From an uncultured Candidatus Saccharibacteria bacterium (GTDB lineage: Bacteria; Patescibacteriota; Minisyncoccia; RBG-13-40-8-A): DNA of 64,000 nt. The stretch covers positions 257,587 through 321,586 of the forward strand of contig OZ246412.1 in the NCBI GenBank assembly GCA_965231075.1. The letters are read 5' to 3'. Positions 48,153 through 58,869 of the stretch are shown here, piece after piece. Numbering within the stretch: the stretch's first letter is position 1; each line of letters opens with the position of its first letter. The notes under the pieces were generated by a model that was not told the origin of the DNA, did not search any database, and saw only the letters and a list, made by a program, of their open reading frames with translations. Made by a program: the position numbers and the translations under genes.

Positions 48153-51100
48153 TTATTTCTTGTCTGCTAGCTCTTGCTCAATTTTTTCCAACTCCATGGC
48201 TTCGCGATAACCGGTTCCAGCGGGGATTAACTTTCCTAAAATAACATTTTCTTTTAATCCACGAAGATGATCAACTCTTCCCTCTGACGCTGCTTTAATC
48301 AAAATTCTTACTGTTTCCTGAAAGGAGGCTGACGACAAGAAGCTTTCTGTGCTTAAGGCGACCTTGGTGATGCCCATTAATACTTGTCCACCAGTAGCAA
48401 TTTTCTTACCAGCTTGCTTGGCCTTGTCATTGGCATCAAAGAAAATATCTTTTTCAATAATTGCCCCAGCCAAAAGATTGGTTTCTCCTGGATCTTTCAC
48501 TCTCACCCGAGCCAACATTTGATGAATAATAACTTCAATATGTTTATTGTTCAAACCTTCTCCCTGTGTGCTGTAAATTCCCTGAATTTCTTTAATAATA
48601 TATCTTTGCAGCGCTTCTTGTCCGGCAAGTTTAAATAATTCTTTCAAATCCACAGAACCTTCCCAAAGTTGTTGTCCCTGTTTAACTTCGTCGTCTTGTT
48701 GTACCCAAACACCAGTTTGTGGCGGAGCAACATATTCTTTAGAAACCTTCTTTCTCTTTTTGCCTTTTAATTCTTGCCAACCTTCAATGGTAATAATTCT
48801 CGATCCTTTGTGCTCTTTAATGTCTGTAACTTTTCCATTTAATTCTGCCAAAGATGCCTTTCCTTTGGGAATTCTGGCTTCAAAAAGTTCTTCAACGCGA
48901 GGCAAACCTTGTGTGATGTCGGCGCCTCCGGCAACACCTCCAGTATGGAAAGTTCTAAGTGTTAGCTGTGTTCCTGGTTCACCAATTGCTTGTGCGGTAA
49001 CAATACCGACGGCCTCGCCTTTTTCAACCAACTTATTTCTTCCTAAATCGTAACCATAACATTGCTGACAAACACCAAATCTCGCCTTACAAGAAATAAC
49101 CGATCTTACCCTGATTTTATCAACGCCAGCGGCTTCAACTTCTTGAGCTTTTTTCTTGGTTAATAACTCGTGTTTTTTGGCAACTACTTTGCCCTTAACG
49201 CTCACTTCTTCCAACAAAACTCTTCCAGTTAATTGTGACGCAAATGAAATTCCTAAATCTTCTAAATCTCTTTTATAAATAACGATACCATCCTTGTCTC
49301 CACAGTCCTCGTGTCGGATAATTACATCTTGAGCGACATCAACCAAACGTCGGGTTAAATAACCAGCGCTAGCAGTCTTTAAGGCGGTATCGGCTAAACC
49401 CTTTCTACCTCCATGAGTAGAGATAAAGTATTCCAAAACATTAAATCCTTCTTTAAAACTAGAAATAATTGGTAATTCAAGAGTTTCTGATGCCGGATTA
49501 ATAACCAAACCCTTCATACCCGCCATCTGAGTTGCTTGACCCCAAGAACCTCGAGCACCAGAATTGAAGATGGTGAAAATCGAACCATTAGGATCGAGTG
49601 CTTTTGGCACTAATCCAGAAATTTGATTTTTAACTTTTGACCAAATTTCAATAATCTTTGATCTTCTTTCGGTGCGTGTTAAAAGTCCTTCGTTGTATTG
49701 TTTGCGAATTTCTTCAACTTCTTTCATTGCAGTTTCAACAATTTTTGGTTTTTCTTTTGGCAAACTAATATCATCCATCCCCCAACTTACACCCGATTTG
49801 GTCGCGTATCTAAAACCAAGTGACTTAATTTTGTCCATAACCTCTGGAGCTTTTTCTGTACCTAAAAGATTAATCACCTCTTCAGAAATCGCCTTTAGTT
49901 CTCGTTGGGTCATTTCTTTGTTTTTAAATCCTAATTCTGGAGGCACAACTGTATTAAATATAACCCTACCTGCCGAGGTATCAATAATCTTGTCGCCGAT
50001 TTTCACCTTGATCGCTGCTTGTAAATCAACAACATCTAATTGATAAGCCATAATTGCTTCTTCGGCACTAGAAAATATTTTTCCTTCGCCTCGCAATCCA
50101 GCCTTAATATTGGTCATGAAATAACAACCCAAAACAATGTCCTGACTAGGAGCAACGATTGGATCACCAGTTGCTGGTTTAAATAGGTTTACTGATGAAA
50201 GCATAATTTCTCGGCTTTCTCTCTGAGCCTTTTCCGATAACGGTAAATGTACTGCCATTTGATCTCCATCGAAGTCAGCATTAAATGCCTTACAAACCAT
50301 CGGATGTAACTGGATCGCCAAACCCTCAACCAAAATTGGCTTGAATGCTTGCACGCCCAAACGATGAAGGGTTGGGGCACGATTTAATAATACGTGGTAT
50401 CTTTCGGTAACTTCTTCCAAAATTGCCCATACTTCTTCAACTCCTTCTTCGATTAATCTCCTTGCGCCTCTAATATTGAAAACAATTTCTCGTTCAATTA
50501 ATTTGTTGATAATAAACGGTTTAAACAATTCCAAAGCCATGGTTTTAGGCAAACCACATTGATGAAGTTTTAGTTCTGGACCAACCACAATAACTGAACG
50601 ACCAGAATAATCCACTCTTTTGCCAAGTAAATTTTGTCTAAACCTTCCTTGCTTTCCTTTTAATTGATCGGCTAATGATTTTAATTGTCGTTTTTGTCCG
50701 GTTGCCGCCATAACTGCTTTTTGTCCACGTCTTGCGGAATTATCAATCAAAGCGTCAATTGATTCCTGAAGCATTCTTTTTTCGTTGCGACAAATAACTT
50801 CTGGAGCGTTTAATTCCAGTAATCTTCTCAAGCGATTGTTTCTATTAATCACTCTACGATATAAATCATTAACATCGGATGTCGCATATCGACCTCCGTC
50901 TAATTGCACCATTGGTCTTAGGTCTGCTGGCATAACCGGTAAATTAACTAAAAACATCCACTCTGGTCTAATTCCTGCTCTCTGAAATCCCCTAACCAAT
51001 CTTAATCTTTGCATAACTTTTCGTTTTTGCATCGCTTCTGCTTGTTTTAGTTCTTCTTCTAGTTCAATAGCTAGTTTTTCTAGATCAATGTCTTCACAAA

Positions 51101-51812
51101 TATCTTTTAAGGCCTCAGCGCCAATTCCTGCCGAAAAAACTTCACTATATTTCTGTGATAAATGTCTAAAAGCCAATTCAGAAATAATTTCCATTTTTTT
51201 AATTTTAGAAAGTTCGTCTTTTGCTCTATCGGTTGCCATTTTCAAATCTTTTTTCGCGTCTCTACCTTCAACTGTTTTTAATTTTGCCTTATATTCTCGC
51301 TCAATATCATTAAACGCTTTTTCTTTGGCTTTCTCATCAACTTTAGTGATAATGTAGGCAGCGAAATAAGCAACTTTTTCTAATTTTTGTACTGAAACAT
51401 TTAAAATTAAACCAATTCTTGATGGCACGCCGCGTAAAAACCAAATATGAGAAACGGGGACAGCCAAATGAATGTGTCCCATTCTTTCACGTCTGACAAT
51501 TGATCTGGTTACTTCTACTCCACAACGATCACAAACAATTCCTTTGTATCTGATTTTTCTGTATTTTCCGCAATAACATTCCCAGTCCTTTTCGGGACCA
51601 AAAATTTTCTCACAAAACAAACCATCTTTTTCAGCGCGCTGAGTTCGATAGTTAATCGTTTCCGGTTTTGTAATTTCACCATGAGACCAGGCCAAAATTT
51701 CTTCTGGTCCGGCAATCTTTAATTGCAATCCGTTAAACTCTTCTTGTTTTTGATCGTCATCAAAATGCATATTATTTTTTTCCTTTTTTATTAGTTTCTT
51801 TGGTTGTATCAA
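48153..51812 (-). CDS. rpoC: DNA-directed RNA polymerase subunit beta'.
   Basis: A zinc finger [21 protein letters not shown] and the NADFDGDQM active site. The start is possibly the internal Met at about 51770, which avoids overlap with rpoB. Confidence 0.95.
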   Translation of the reverse strand: MIQPKKLIKKEKNNMHFDDDQKQEEFNGLQLKIAGPEEILAWSHGEITKPETINYRTQRAEKDGLFCEKIFGPEKDWECYCGKYRKIRYKGIVCDRCGVEVTRSIVRRERMGHIHLAVPVSHIWFLRGVPSRIGLILNVSVQKLEKVAYFAAYIITKVDEKAKEKAFNDIEREYKAKLKTVEGRDAKKDLKMATDRAKDELSKIKKMEIISELAFRHLSQKYSEVFSAGIGAEALKDICEDIDLEKLAIELEEELKQAEAMQKRKVMQRLRLVRGFQRAGIRPEWMFLVNLPVMPADLRPMVQLDGGRYATSDVNDLYRRVINRNNRLRRLLELNAPEVICRNEKRMLQESIDALIDNSARRGQKAVMAATGQKRQLKSLADQLKGKQGRFRQNLLGKRVDYSGRSVIVVGPELKLHQCGLPKTMALELFKPFIINKLIEREIVFNIRGARRLIEEGVEEVWAILEEVTERYHVLLNRAPTLHRLGVQAFKPILVEGLAIQLHPMVCKAFNADFDGDQMAVHLPLSEKAQRESREIMLSSVNLFKPATGDPIVAPSQDIVLGCYFMTNIKAGLRGEGKIFSSAEEAIMAYQLDVVDLQAAIKVKIGDKIIDTSAGRVIFNTVVPPELGFKNKEMTQRELKAISEEVINLLGTEKAPEVMDKIKSLGFRYATKSGVSWGMDDISLPKEKPKIVETAMKEVEEIRKQYNEGLLTRTERRSKIIEIWSKVKNQISGLVPKALDPNGSIFTIFNSGARGSWGQATQMAGMKGLVINPASETLELPIISSFKEGFNVLEYFISTHGGRKGLADTALKTASAGYLTRRLVDVAQDVIIRHEDCGDKDGIVIYKRDLEDLGISFASQLTGRVLLEEVSVKGKVVAKKHELLTKKKAQEVEAAGVDKIRVRSVISCKARFGVCQQCYGYDLGRNKLVEKGEAVGIVTAQAIGEPGTQLTLRTFHTGGVAGGADITQGLPRVEELFEARIPKGKASLAELNGKVTDIKEHKGSRIITIEGWQELKGKKRKKVSKEYVAPPQTGVWVQQDDEVKQGQQLWEGSVDLKELFKLAGQEALQRYIIKEIQGIYSTQGEGLNNKHIEVIIHQMLARVRVKDPGETNLLAGAIIEKDIFFDANDKAKQAGKKIATGGQVLMGITKVALSTESFLSSASFQETVRILIKAASEGRVDHLRGLKENVILGKLIPAGTGYREAMELEKIEQELADKK

Positions 51813-54800
51813 CTTCGTTGACCATGTTTATCGCGAATCCAAGTGATCGAATTTCGCTTAACAAAACATTAAACGATGATGGTAAATGTGGATTTTGGAT
51901 TGGTCTGCCTTTAATAATTGAATCATAAGCATTGGCGCGTCCAATAACATCGTCAGATTTGATGGTTAACATTTCTTGTAATGTATGAGCAGCTCCATAT
52001 CCTTCGAGTGCCCAGACTTCCATTTCTCCAAATCTCTGACCTCCAAATTGCGCCTTTCCACCAAGTGGTTGTTGGGTGATTAATGAATATGGTCCGATTG
52101 AACGCATGTGGATCTTGTCTTCAACCAAGTGATTCAATTTCAACATATAAATCTGACCAACGGTAACTTTATTGATAAACGGTTCGCCAGTTCTTCCATC
52201 ATATAATGTAACTTTTCCGCTTTCAGGAAGTCCGGCTTTTCTAAGTTCTTGTTTAATTTCTTCTTCGGTAACACCAGAAAATGGCGGACTGTATGTTCGG
52301 TAGCCTAATTTTTTAGCTGCCCAACCTAAGTGAGTTTCCAAAACTTGTCCCAAGTTCATACGAGATGCAACCCCCAATGGATTTAAAACAATTTCTACTG
52401 GCGTACCATCTTCTAGATATGGCATGTCTTGTTCGGGCAGTATTTTAGAGATGACACCCTTGTTGCCGTGTCTTCCAGCAAGTTTATCACCAATAGATAC
52501 TTTTCGGAATTGAGCAATTTCAACTTTAATGGTTTTAATAACCCCAGTTTGTAATTTGTCTCCTTTGTCTCGAGAGAAAATTTTCACACCGACAACTCTT
52601 CCGCGTTTTCCGTGTGACAATCTTAATGATGAGTCTTTGATATCTCTGGCTTTGTCGCCGAAAATAGCTCTTAATAATCTTTCTTCGGCAGTTAGATCGG
52701 TTTCACCTTTGGGTGAAATCTTTCCTACTAAAATATCGTCTGGACCAACCTCGGCACCGATTCTAATAATACCTTCCTCATCTAAATCTTTTAATCTGTC
52801 TTCCCCAACATTAGGAATATCGGGAGTGGTAACCTCTGGTCCTAATTTTGTATCACGAACATCACAAGGATATTCATCAATGTGAATTGAGCTAAATCTG
52901 TCTTCTCGAACTAATTTTTCTGATAAAACAATAGCATCTTCAAAGTTTGATCCCGACCATGATAAAAATGCGACTAATAAATTTTGCCCCAAAGCCAATT
53001 CTCCGCCTTGAGTCGAGGTACTATCAGCAAGAACATCTCCGGCTTTAACTTTCTGACCTCTCATAACAATTGGTCTCTGATGAATACAAGTGTATTCGTT
53101 GGAGCGGAAGAAATTATTTAAAGGATAATTTTTAATTGTTCCTTTTGAAGACATTACAACGTGTGCGGCATCAACTTCTTTAATTACACCATCATCTGGT
53201 GCCAACATAACCTGTCCTGAATCAACGGCAGCTTTTCTTTCGATTCCCGTTCCGACAAGTGGTGCTTGTGGATTAACCAATGGCACTGCCTGTCTCTGCA
53301 TGTTTGAACCCATAAGTGCACGATTAGAATCATCATGTTCAACAAATGGAATTAAGGCCGTAGCAATAGAGATACATTGATAAGGAGAAACATCAATATA
53401 ATCGATGTCGCTTCTGTCTACGATTCCTGGCTCACCATGAATTCTGGCTTCCACCCTTTTTTCGCCAATTTTTCCATCAGCTTCAATGTGTACGCCGGCA
53501 TGAGCAATGTTATATTTTTCTTCTTCGGAAGCATCCATATAGATGATTTCGTTGGTAATTTTTCCGTCTTTAACTTTTCTGTATGGAGTTTCGATAAATC
53601 CATAATCATTAATTTTGGCATAACTGGCCAAGTGACCAACCAAACCGATGTTTGGACCTTCGGGTGTTTCAATCGGACAAATTCTTCCATAGTGAGATGG
53701 GTGCACGTCACGCACTTCAAACCCCGCCCTTTCTTTGGTTAAACCACCTGGACCCATCGCCGACAATCTTCGTTTGTGTTCCAGTTCTGATAATGGATTA
53801 ACCTGGTTCATGAATTGTGATAATTGAGAAGATGTGAAAAATTCTTTCACTGCCGCCATTAATGGTCGAGCATTTAAAAGTTGTGCGGGAGCTAAATTAT
53901 AAGCATCCATCGTACTCATTCTGTCTCTAACGATTCTAATTGTTCTTGCCATTCCCACTCTGAATTTGTTTTGCAAAAGCTCGCCCAATGATCTTACGCG
54001 TCTATTTCCCAAGTGGTCGATATCGTCACCAACCATATCAGGATTATTGTTTAATTTAATAATTTCCTTAATCGTTGCCACCACATCTTCTTTTCTTAAA
54101 ATGCGATTGGCTGGGTCTAGTGGAGTTTTGAACCCCATTTTTAGATTTAGTTTGTATCTACCAACTTCTGACAAATCGTATCGGTCAAAATTCTTAAACA
54201 TATTCTCGATCAACTGTCGGGCGTTATCAACTGCGGCCAAGTCACCTGGTCTAATTCTTTTGTAAATTTCAATCCAAGCGTCGTCTGTGGTTTTGGCAGG
54301 ATCTTTAGCTAAAGTTTCTTTGATAAATTGAGTTTCTGGGTCATTATCAACATCTTTAAATTCTTTCAAGATTTGTTCATCGGTTTCTAAACCAAAAATT
54401 CGAAGCAATGAAGTTGCCGGCACCTTTCTTTTTCGATCAATTCTTACAACAATGGTGTTGTTGGCTTCAGTATCAAATTCTAACCAAGCGCCTCGATTAG
54501 GAATAATTTTTGCGCCATGGACTTTTCTACCTTTAATGTAACCCGTCTTAAAAAAAACACCCGCGGACCTAATCAACTGGGAAATAACAACTCTTTCCAC
54601 TCCGTTGACAATAAATGTCCCGCGGGGAGTTATCAAAGGCAAATCAGTGAGAAAAATCTCCTGTTCCTTTGTCTCGTTCGCTTTTTTGTTTACTAGTTTT
54701 AATTTAACCTTAAGGGGTGCTTCGTATGATAAACCGTTCTTTTTAGCCTTAAGTTCGTCGCATTTAGGTTCATCTAAATAATAGTCCTTAAAATACAAAG

Positions 54801-54957
54801 AAAGATCCTTACCGCCGTAATCGACGATAGGAGATATTTCATCAAAAAGTTCGCGTAATCCTTTTTCTAAAAACAATTTGTAACTGTTGAGCTGTATCTC
54901 AACTAAGTTTGGTAGTGGATATTGTTTTTTGGGATAGTTCGAAAAATATTTAATCAT
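51772..54957 (-). CDS. rpoB: DNA-directed RNA polymerase subunit beta.
   Basis: Canonical beta-subunit motifs are present, including the rifampicin-region [11 protein letters not shown]-like motif [15 protein letters not shown]. Confidence 0.95.
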   Translation of the reverse strand: MIKYFSNYPKKQYPLPNLVEIQLNSYKLFLEKGLRELFDEISPIVDYGGKDLSLYFKDYYLDEPKCDELKAKKNGLSYEAPLKVKLKLVNKKANETKEQEIFLTDLPLITPRGTFIVNGVERVVISQLIRSAGVFFKTGYIKGRKVHGAKIIPNRGAWLEFDTEANNTIVVRIDRKRKVPATSLLRIFGLETDEQILKEFKDVDNDPETQFIKETLAKDPAKTTDDAWIEIYKRIRPGDLAAVDNARQLIENMFKNFDRYDLSEVGRYKLNLKMGFKTPLDPANRILRKEDVVATIKEIIKLNNNPDMVGDDIDHLGNRRVRSLGELLQNKFRVGMARTIRIVRDRMSTMDAYNLAPAQLLNARPLMAAVKEFFTSSQLSQFMNQVNPLSELEHKRRLSAMGPGGLTKERAGFEVRDVHPSHYGRICPIETPEGPNIGLVGHLASYAKINDYGFIETPYRKVKDGKITNEIIYMDASEEEKYNIAHAGVHIEADGKIGEKRVEARIHGEPGIVDRSDIDYIDVSPYQCISIATALIPFVEHDDSNRALMGSNMQRQAVPLVNPQAPLVGTGIERKAAVDSGQVMLAPDDGVIKEVDAAHVVMSSKGTIKNYPLNNFFRSNEYTCIHQRPIVMRGQKVKAGDVLADSTSTQGGELALGQNLLVAFLSWSGSNFEDAIVLSEKLVREDRFSSIHIDEYPCDVRDTKLGPEVTTPDIPNVGEDRLKDLDEEGIIRIGAEVGPDDILVGKISPKGETDLTAEERLLRAIFGDKARDIKDSSLRLSHGKRGRVVGVKIFSRDKGDKLQTGVIKTIKVEIAQFRKVSIGDKLAGRHGNKGVISKILPEQDMPYLEDGTPVEIVLNPLGVASRMNLGQVLETHLGWAAKKLGYRTYSPPFSGVTEEEIKQELRKAGLPESGKVTLYDGRTGEPFINKVTVGQIYMLKLNHLVEDKIHMRSIGPYSLITQQPLGGKAQFGGQRFGEMEVWALEGYGAAHTLQEMLTIKSDDVIGRANAYDSIIKGRPIQNPHLPSSFNVLLSEIRSLGFAINMVNEVDTTKETNKKGKK

Positions 54958-55053
54958 GATAACGGAGGCTTTTACCCGATTAAAAATATATTAAAATATA
55001 GAAACTGACCCTAAAATAGGGCTTCTACAGCTTTTTATATTCGTTAATTAAAT

Positions 55054-55314
55054 CTAGAAGTCAAGTGCTTGTTTGATGGCTTTCACAATTCTTTGTGACG
55101 TAAGCCCAGCTTCTTTATGACTTATTATTTTGATATCCTTAACTAATTCTATTTTAAGTTTAGCAGATTTTAAAACCTTGTCAAGTGTTAATAACAATTT
55201 ATCGGTATCTACCGTAGTTTGGCTGTAGGATTTGTTATTATTTTTGACGATTATTTCAATTGGGGATCTCCCCCGCTCCCCCGCCTTTTCTATTTTAAAT
55301 ATAATTTGTGGCAT
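55054..55314 (-). CDS. Small protein of about 86 aa, probably translated from a leaderless mRNA.
   Basis: The promoter is TTGCTA-N17-TATATT (minus-strand reading of 55321-55349). Its -10 ends 6 nt before the ATG at 55314. The start is an internal Met of ORF 55054-55473. Confidence 0.35.
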   Translation of the reverse strand: MPQIIFKIEKAGERGRSPIEIIVKNNNKSYSQTTVDTDKLLLTLDKVLKSAKLKIELVKDIKIISHKEAGLTSQRIVKAIKQALDF

Positions 55315-55385
55315 AGATGAAATATAGCAGAAAATTATTTTTTTAGCAAAATAAAAATCGGAGCCCACAAGAGGGCTCCGAGGAC

Positions 55386-55718
55386 TTATTCCCACAAATC
55401 GATTTTTTCGAGTCGTGCTTTGGTTTCTTCGATGGTTTTTGCGATCCGAAGCTTGACTTGATCTTCTCCCCAAACCATTGTCATCGCTTCAATGGTTGGC
55501 GGTTGAAATTCTTCGGGAATCACAAACTCGCAAAAAGAACAGTGCATCGTTAACGGGCTAACGGAATCACGATCGCAATTCGGACACTTGATATCCGGTA
55601 TCGATATGTGCTTGGTCCCGTCCAACGAGATGTATTGATTTTGATATCTTTTTCTGAGTTCCTCGATCCATTTTTTTACATTTTTAATGGTGTGCTCTCG
55701 CAGAGTCATAAAATCCAT
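55386..55718 (-). CDS. Small zinc-ribbon protein, paralog B.
   Basis: CPNCD...CSFCEF. The RBS is AAGGGAGAAGGGAG. The promoter is TTGACA-N16-TACAAT (55769-55796). The leader hairpin is GGAGGCAUGUGCUCC. Confidence 0.4.
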   Translation of the reverse strand: MDFMTLREHTIKNVKKWIEELRKRYQNQYISLDGTKHISIPDIKCPNCDRDSVSPLTMHCSFCEFVIPEEFQPPTIEAMTMVWGEDQVKLRIAKTIEETKARLEKIDLWE

Positions 55719-55833
55719 CTCCCTTCTCCCTTTTAATAGATTTAAGGAGCACATGCCTCCTTGATTAGATTGTAGCAAAAAGAGGTAAAATGTCAATCAA
55801 ATTAAAAATCGGGGCCACGGGGCCCCGAGAAGA

Positions 55834-56367
55834 TCAATCGAGAAGTTTATCGAATTCACCTTCCGGAAAGAGCGAACGCATAAACGCAAATTTTTCTTTG
55901 CGCCATTTTTCATACGCCAATTCTGCAAGATATTTTTTAATTTCAGCCGGTCCCACAGGGACAAGTTCTCTGGGTAAAACGTATTTACAATCAATCCAAT
56001 GACACCGCCAATTGGTTTCGGGACCTATTGAATGTGCCGCGTCACATGACGGACAAGTCATACGAATTTCTCCAGATCCACCGTTTTTGATTTTAGAAAT
56101 CATTTCTTGGAGATATTTTTTCAGAAACTCCCTGGCTCTTTCTTCGGTTCGGCCGGGAAAAGGTTCCGGAAGTCTGTTTTCCTTCCATTTTTTAACAAAA
56201 TCCCTTATCTCTGCCAATCCCACGTATTTCCAGTCTCCAAATTTAACAAACGGCGTTGGATCTTCGGATGTCGGTCCAAAATGTAGACATTCAATCCCCG
56301 CTTCTTTCAAAAGACGTTCGGCTTCACGATCTTCTTGTGTTCCGTTGGAATAAATGCTAATTTTCAT
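55834..56367 (-). CDS. Protein with a glutaredoxin-like N-terminus and a zinc ribbon, paralog A.
   Basis: CPSCD...CHWIDC. The promoter is TTGACA-N16-TACAAT (56410-56437). The leader hairpin is GGAGGCACGUAGCUCC and the RBS is GGGAGAGGGAAAG. Confidence 0.4.
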   Translation of the reverse strand: MKISIYSNGTQEDREAERLLKEAGIECLHFGPTSEDPTPFVKFGDWKYVGLAEIRDFVKKWKENRLPEPFPGRTEERAREFLKKYLQEMISKIKNGGSGEIRMTCPSCDAAHSIGPETNWRCHWIDCKYVLPRELVPVGPAEIKKYLAELAYEKWRKEKFAFMRSLFPEGEFDKLLD

Positions 56368-56483
56368 CTTTCCCTCTCCCGTTTTTTGATTTTAAGGAGC
56401 TACGTGCCTCCTCGATTAGATTGTAGCGCGATTGTGATTTTTGTCAATTAAAAAAAGCTAGATCTAGTCGCTTTTTAAATAAA

Positions 56484-56885
56484 TTATTCTCTAATAAATT
56501 CTAAAACTTTTCTTCTGATCGCTTCTTTAAAATTAAGATAATTATCGTTTAGTTCTGTAAATTTTGGTGGATCTTGGTAGCCGGGCAGTTTAAATTTGAA
56601 GACAATATTATCTAATCGTATATCAATATTGCCTTCGGTCATAGTGTCTCCAAATTGTAGTCCGTTTTTACATATTGTATCAGAATGACCCTCTTTATTA
56701 ATAATAATTTCCATAGACGGAGAAACGATAAATGTGAAAAACTTATACGGGATTACTGATTTCAGATCTTCTTCTGATAATTTAAAATCTTCTCTGGTTA
56801 AATTTTCCAGCCTCACGCTCATCAATTTTTCCCATTCTTCGACAGACAATATTTTTAATTCTTCAATAGATTCTTTTTTTCGCAT
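56484..56885 (-). CDS. Hypothetical protein.
   Basis: 133 aa with no recognisable motif. Its ATG lies about 75 nt downstream of the listed 56985-57028 hairpin. Confidence 0.3.
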   Translation of the reverse strand: MRKKESIEELKILSVEEWEKLMSVRLENLTREDFKLSEEDLKSVIPYKFFTFIVSPSMEIIINKEGHSDTICKNGLQFGDTMTEGNIDIRLDNIVFKFKLPGYQDPPKFTELNDNYLNFKEAIRRKVLEFIRE

Positions 56886-57058
56886 ATTATTATATTACGA
56901 CATTGCAAGTCGTAATTGGTTTTTAATCAAAAAAACGTCGATTAATACAATTTCATTATACGTCGTGATAAACGCTTGGTCAACTTGTTGATGGAAATTA
57001 AAAAGGGTGCGGCGTTGTGCCCGCACCCCGTTATTCTATTGTTCCCCCCCCCTTTTTT

Positions 57059-57484
57059 TTAGATCTTGCGGAAGTAGAGACAGTTGTCATCTCCCGCGAC
57101 GAGAGCCCAGCCCTTTTCGAGCATGATATCAAGCTCCCTCGCTTCCCAGGTCCAATCATCCTTATCGCCAATTGCGAAGTTGGTTGCGAAGACAACGTGT
57201 TCTTTGATATCGTCCCACGTAGAAGGTCTTTCGTCCTCTTCGTCCTCGTTGTCCTCCTCGTTATCCTCGTCAACTTCTTCGTCGACTTCGTCATCGGCTT
57301 CGTCGTCTGCGCCGTTTTCTTCGTCGACGACATCCTTTTCTCGAAGCTCGGATACGGGAGTCACAATTACTCCCGGATATCCTTGTTGCGATTTAGGCCG
57401 GTCCCGGCGCTGCAGAAAAAACACGATGATTACAACGACGATGATGACGACCCACCAACCCAGAGAAATTCCCAAAAAGTTCAT
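57059..57484 (-). CDS. Membrane-anchored protein with an acidic D/E-rich linker.
   Basis: An N-terminal transmembrane helix, a DEVDEEVDEDNEEDNEDEED tract and a C-terminal Trp-rich domain. The promoter is TTGACA-N17-TATAAT (57521-57549). GC content is elevated. Confidence 0.4.
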   Translation of the reverse strand: MNFLGISLGWWVVIIVVVIIVFFLQRRDRPKSQQGYPGVIVTPVSELREKDVVDEENGADDEADDEVDEEVDEDNEEDNEDEEDERPSTWDDIKEHVVFATNFAIGDKDDWTWEARELDIMLEKGWALVAGDDNCLYFRKI

Positions 57485-57887
57485 GTCACACTCCTTTGTT
57501 TGCGTACTTCGTAACTTTTACATTATACACCTAAATTATGTATTTGTCAATACTTAGTTGAAAATAAAAAAGGGGCCGAAGCCCCCGAAAGATCACCAGA
57601 ACCGGAAAATACTTCTGTCGAGACTTTCGCGAACGTTCTGCCAGAACTTCATTCGAGCCTGGTGTCTGGCCATCCTCGTTTGTTTCCCGTTGAGCTTATC
57701 GCTCCCATTCCCCTTGCTCGCCCTTTGGTTCGACTTTCCGAAATTTAAATTTTTCATCTCCGCTCCTTCGATTTAAAGATATTTATATATTAATATATTA
57801 TCTATTTGAAGTCAATTAAAAAGGAGGCATTGCTCTTGCGAGCCTTGCCTCCAGGGCGAATGTGGTCGGGTGCCAGCCGGTCAGGGT

Positions 57888-58190
57888 TCAGTACTTGTGA
57901 AATCCCCTGCGAACCAGGTAGCCATCGTAATAGCCGACCCGGCCACTGCCATCCACGTCCGCGACCCACAGCACCTTCTTGCTGTTGGGATCTTGGGGGA
58001 GATAGGGCGCGACTCCCACGACCACGAGCTTGGTGGAACACGAGAGCGACCCGTCCTTGATCCGGTCGCCGGACCGGAAGCCGAAGGGCAGGCAGGCCTC
58101 GTCGGAGGTGTCCACCAGGAACACCTGGCCCCCGTACGCCATGACTTCCTTCATCTTGCCATCACCCACGATTCTCCGAAAAATGTCCAT
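57888..58190 (-). CDS. Hypothetical GC-rich small protein.
   Basis: The RBS is GGAGGAACC. The promoter is TTGACA-N16-TATAAT (58260-58288). Confidence 0.35.
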   Translation of the reverse strand: MDIFRRIVGDGKMKEVMAYGGQVFLVDTSDEACLPFGFRSGDRIKDGSLSCSTKLVVVGVAPYLPQDPNSKKVLWVADVDGSGRVGYYDGYLVRRGFHKY

Positions 58191-58381
58191 GGTTCCTCCT
58201 TGAACCTAATCGAGATTTGATAAGTAGCTGGATATTGCACCAACCACCCTCATGTAGTAATTATAGCATACTGGTAAAATTTGTCAATAGTAGTAGGTGT
58301 AGATTCTATATTTGGTGGTATTTTTAATTTGTGCTATACTGTAAATAAAGGTCTTTTAATAAATCAAGTAAAACAATTTTT

Positions 58382-58645
58382 ATGGCGACAAAAAGAAAAC
58401 CAAATGCAGCTTTCATGAAACCATTGAAAGTGAGCGAAGAACTTGCATTGGTAGTCGGAAAAGGTCCTATGCCGAGATCAGAAGTTGTTAAAAAACTTTG
58501 GGCATACATCAAGAAGAACAAACTTCAAGATGATAAAAACAAACGAAACATCAATGCTGATGCAAACTTAAAGGCAGTATTTGCTGGAAAAGGAACTGTG
58601 AACATGTTTGAAATGACCAAGCTTGTTTCAAAACACCTTTCGTAG
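58382..58645 (+). CDS. SWIB/MDM2 domain protein.
   Basis: LVVGKGPMPRSEVVKKLWAYIKKNKLQDDKNKRNINAD...MFEMTKLVSKHL is the canonical SWIB domain. It is followed by the terminator CCCCCGCAACGCGGGGG plus a T-run at 58672-58706. Confidence 0.8.
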   Translation: MATKRKPNAAFMKPLKVSEELALVVGKGPMPRSEVVKKLWAYIKKNKLQDDKNKRNINADANLKAVFAGKGTVNMFEMTKLVSKHLS

Positions 58646-58869
58646 TACTCATTTTAAATTGTATACGATTTAAAAACAAAAATACCCCCGCAACGCGGGG
58701 GATTTTTGTTTGTTCCTCATCTTTCTCCTAATTAAAATTTATTCTGCGCTGAGACAACTTCGCAGGCAAAATGCATGGTTTCGCCGATAGGCGAAATTTT
58801 GCCGAGAATTAGTGCGATTTCCCGCTGGGAAATCGACACGTGTCGACATGCAGAATAAATTTTAATTCT

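Noticed and set aside
48384-54265. Plus-strand ORFs inside rpoC and rpoB (48384-48638, 48760-49053, 49672-50043, 50785-50985, 51088-51357, 52529-52885, 53377-53742, 53966-54265).
   Set aside because: They are antisense to highly conserved RNA polymerase genes, have no start context, and have low-complexity translations. They are spurious.
56985-57028. A hairpin GGGUGCGGCGUUGUGCCCGCACCCC plus a C/T-run, considered as a riboswitch.
   Set aside because: It is most simply a rho-independent terminator after gene 57059-57484, with a minus-strand U-run. There is no evidence of ligand-binding architecture.
57084-57557. A Ser-rich 157-aa plus-strand ORF and other overlapping frames at 57017-57514.
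   Set aside because: It is a mirror-image antisense frame of the D/E-rich codon repeats of the minus-strand gene 57059-57484. It has no promoter or Shine-Dalgarno sequence.
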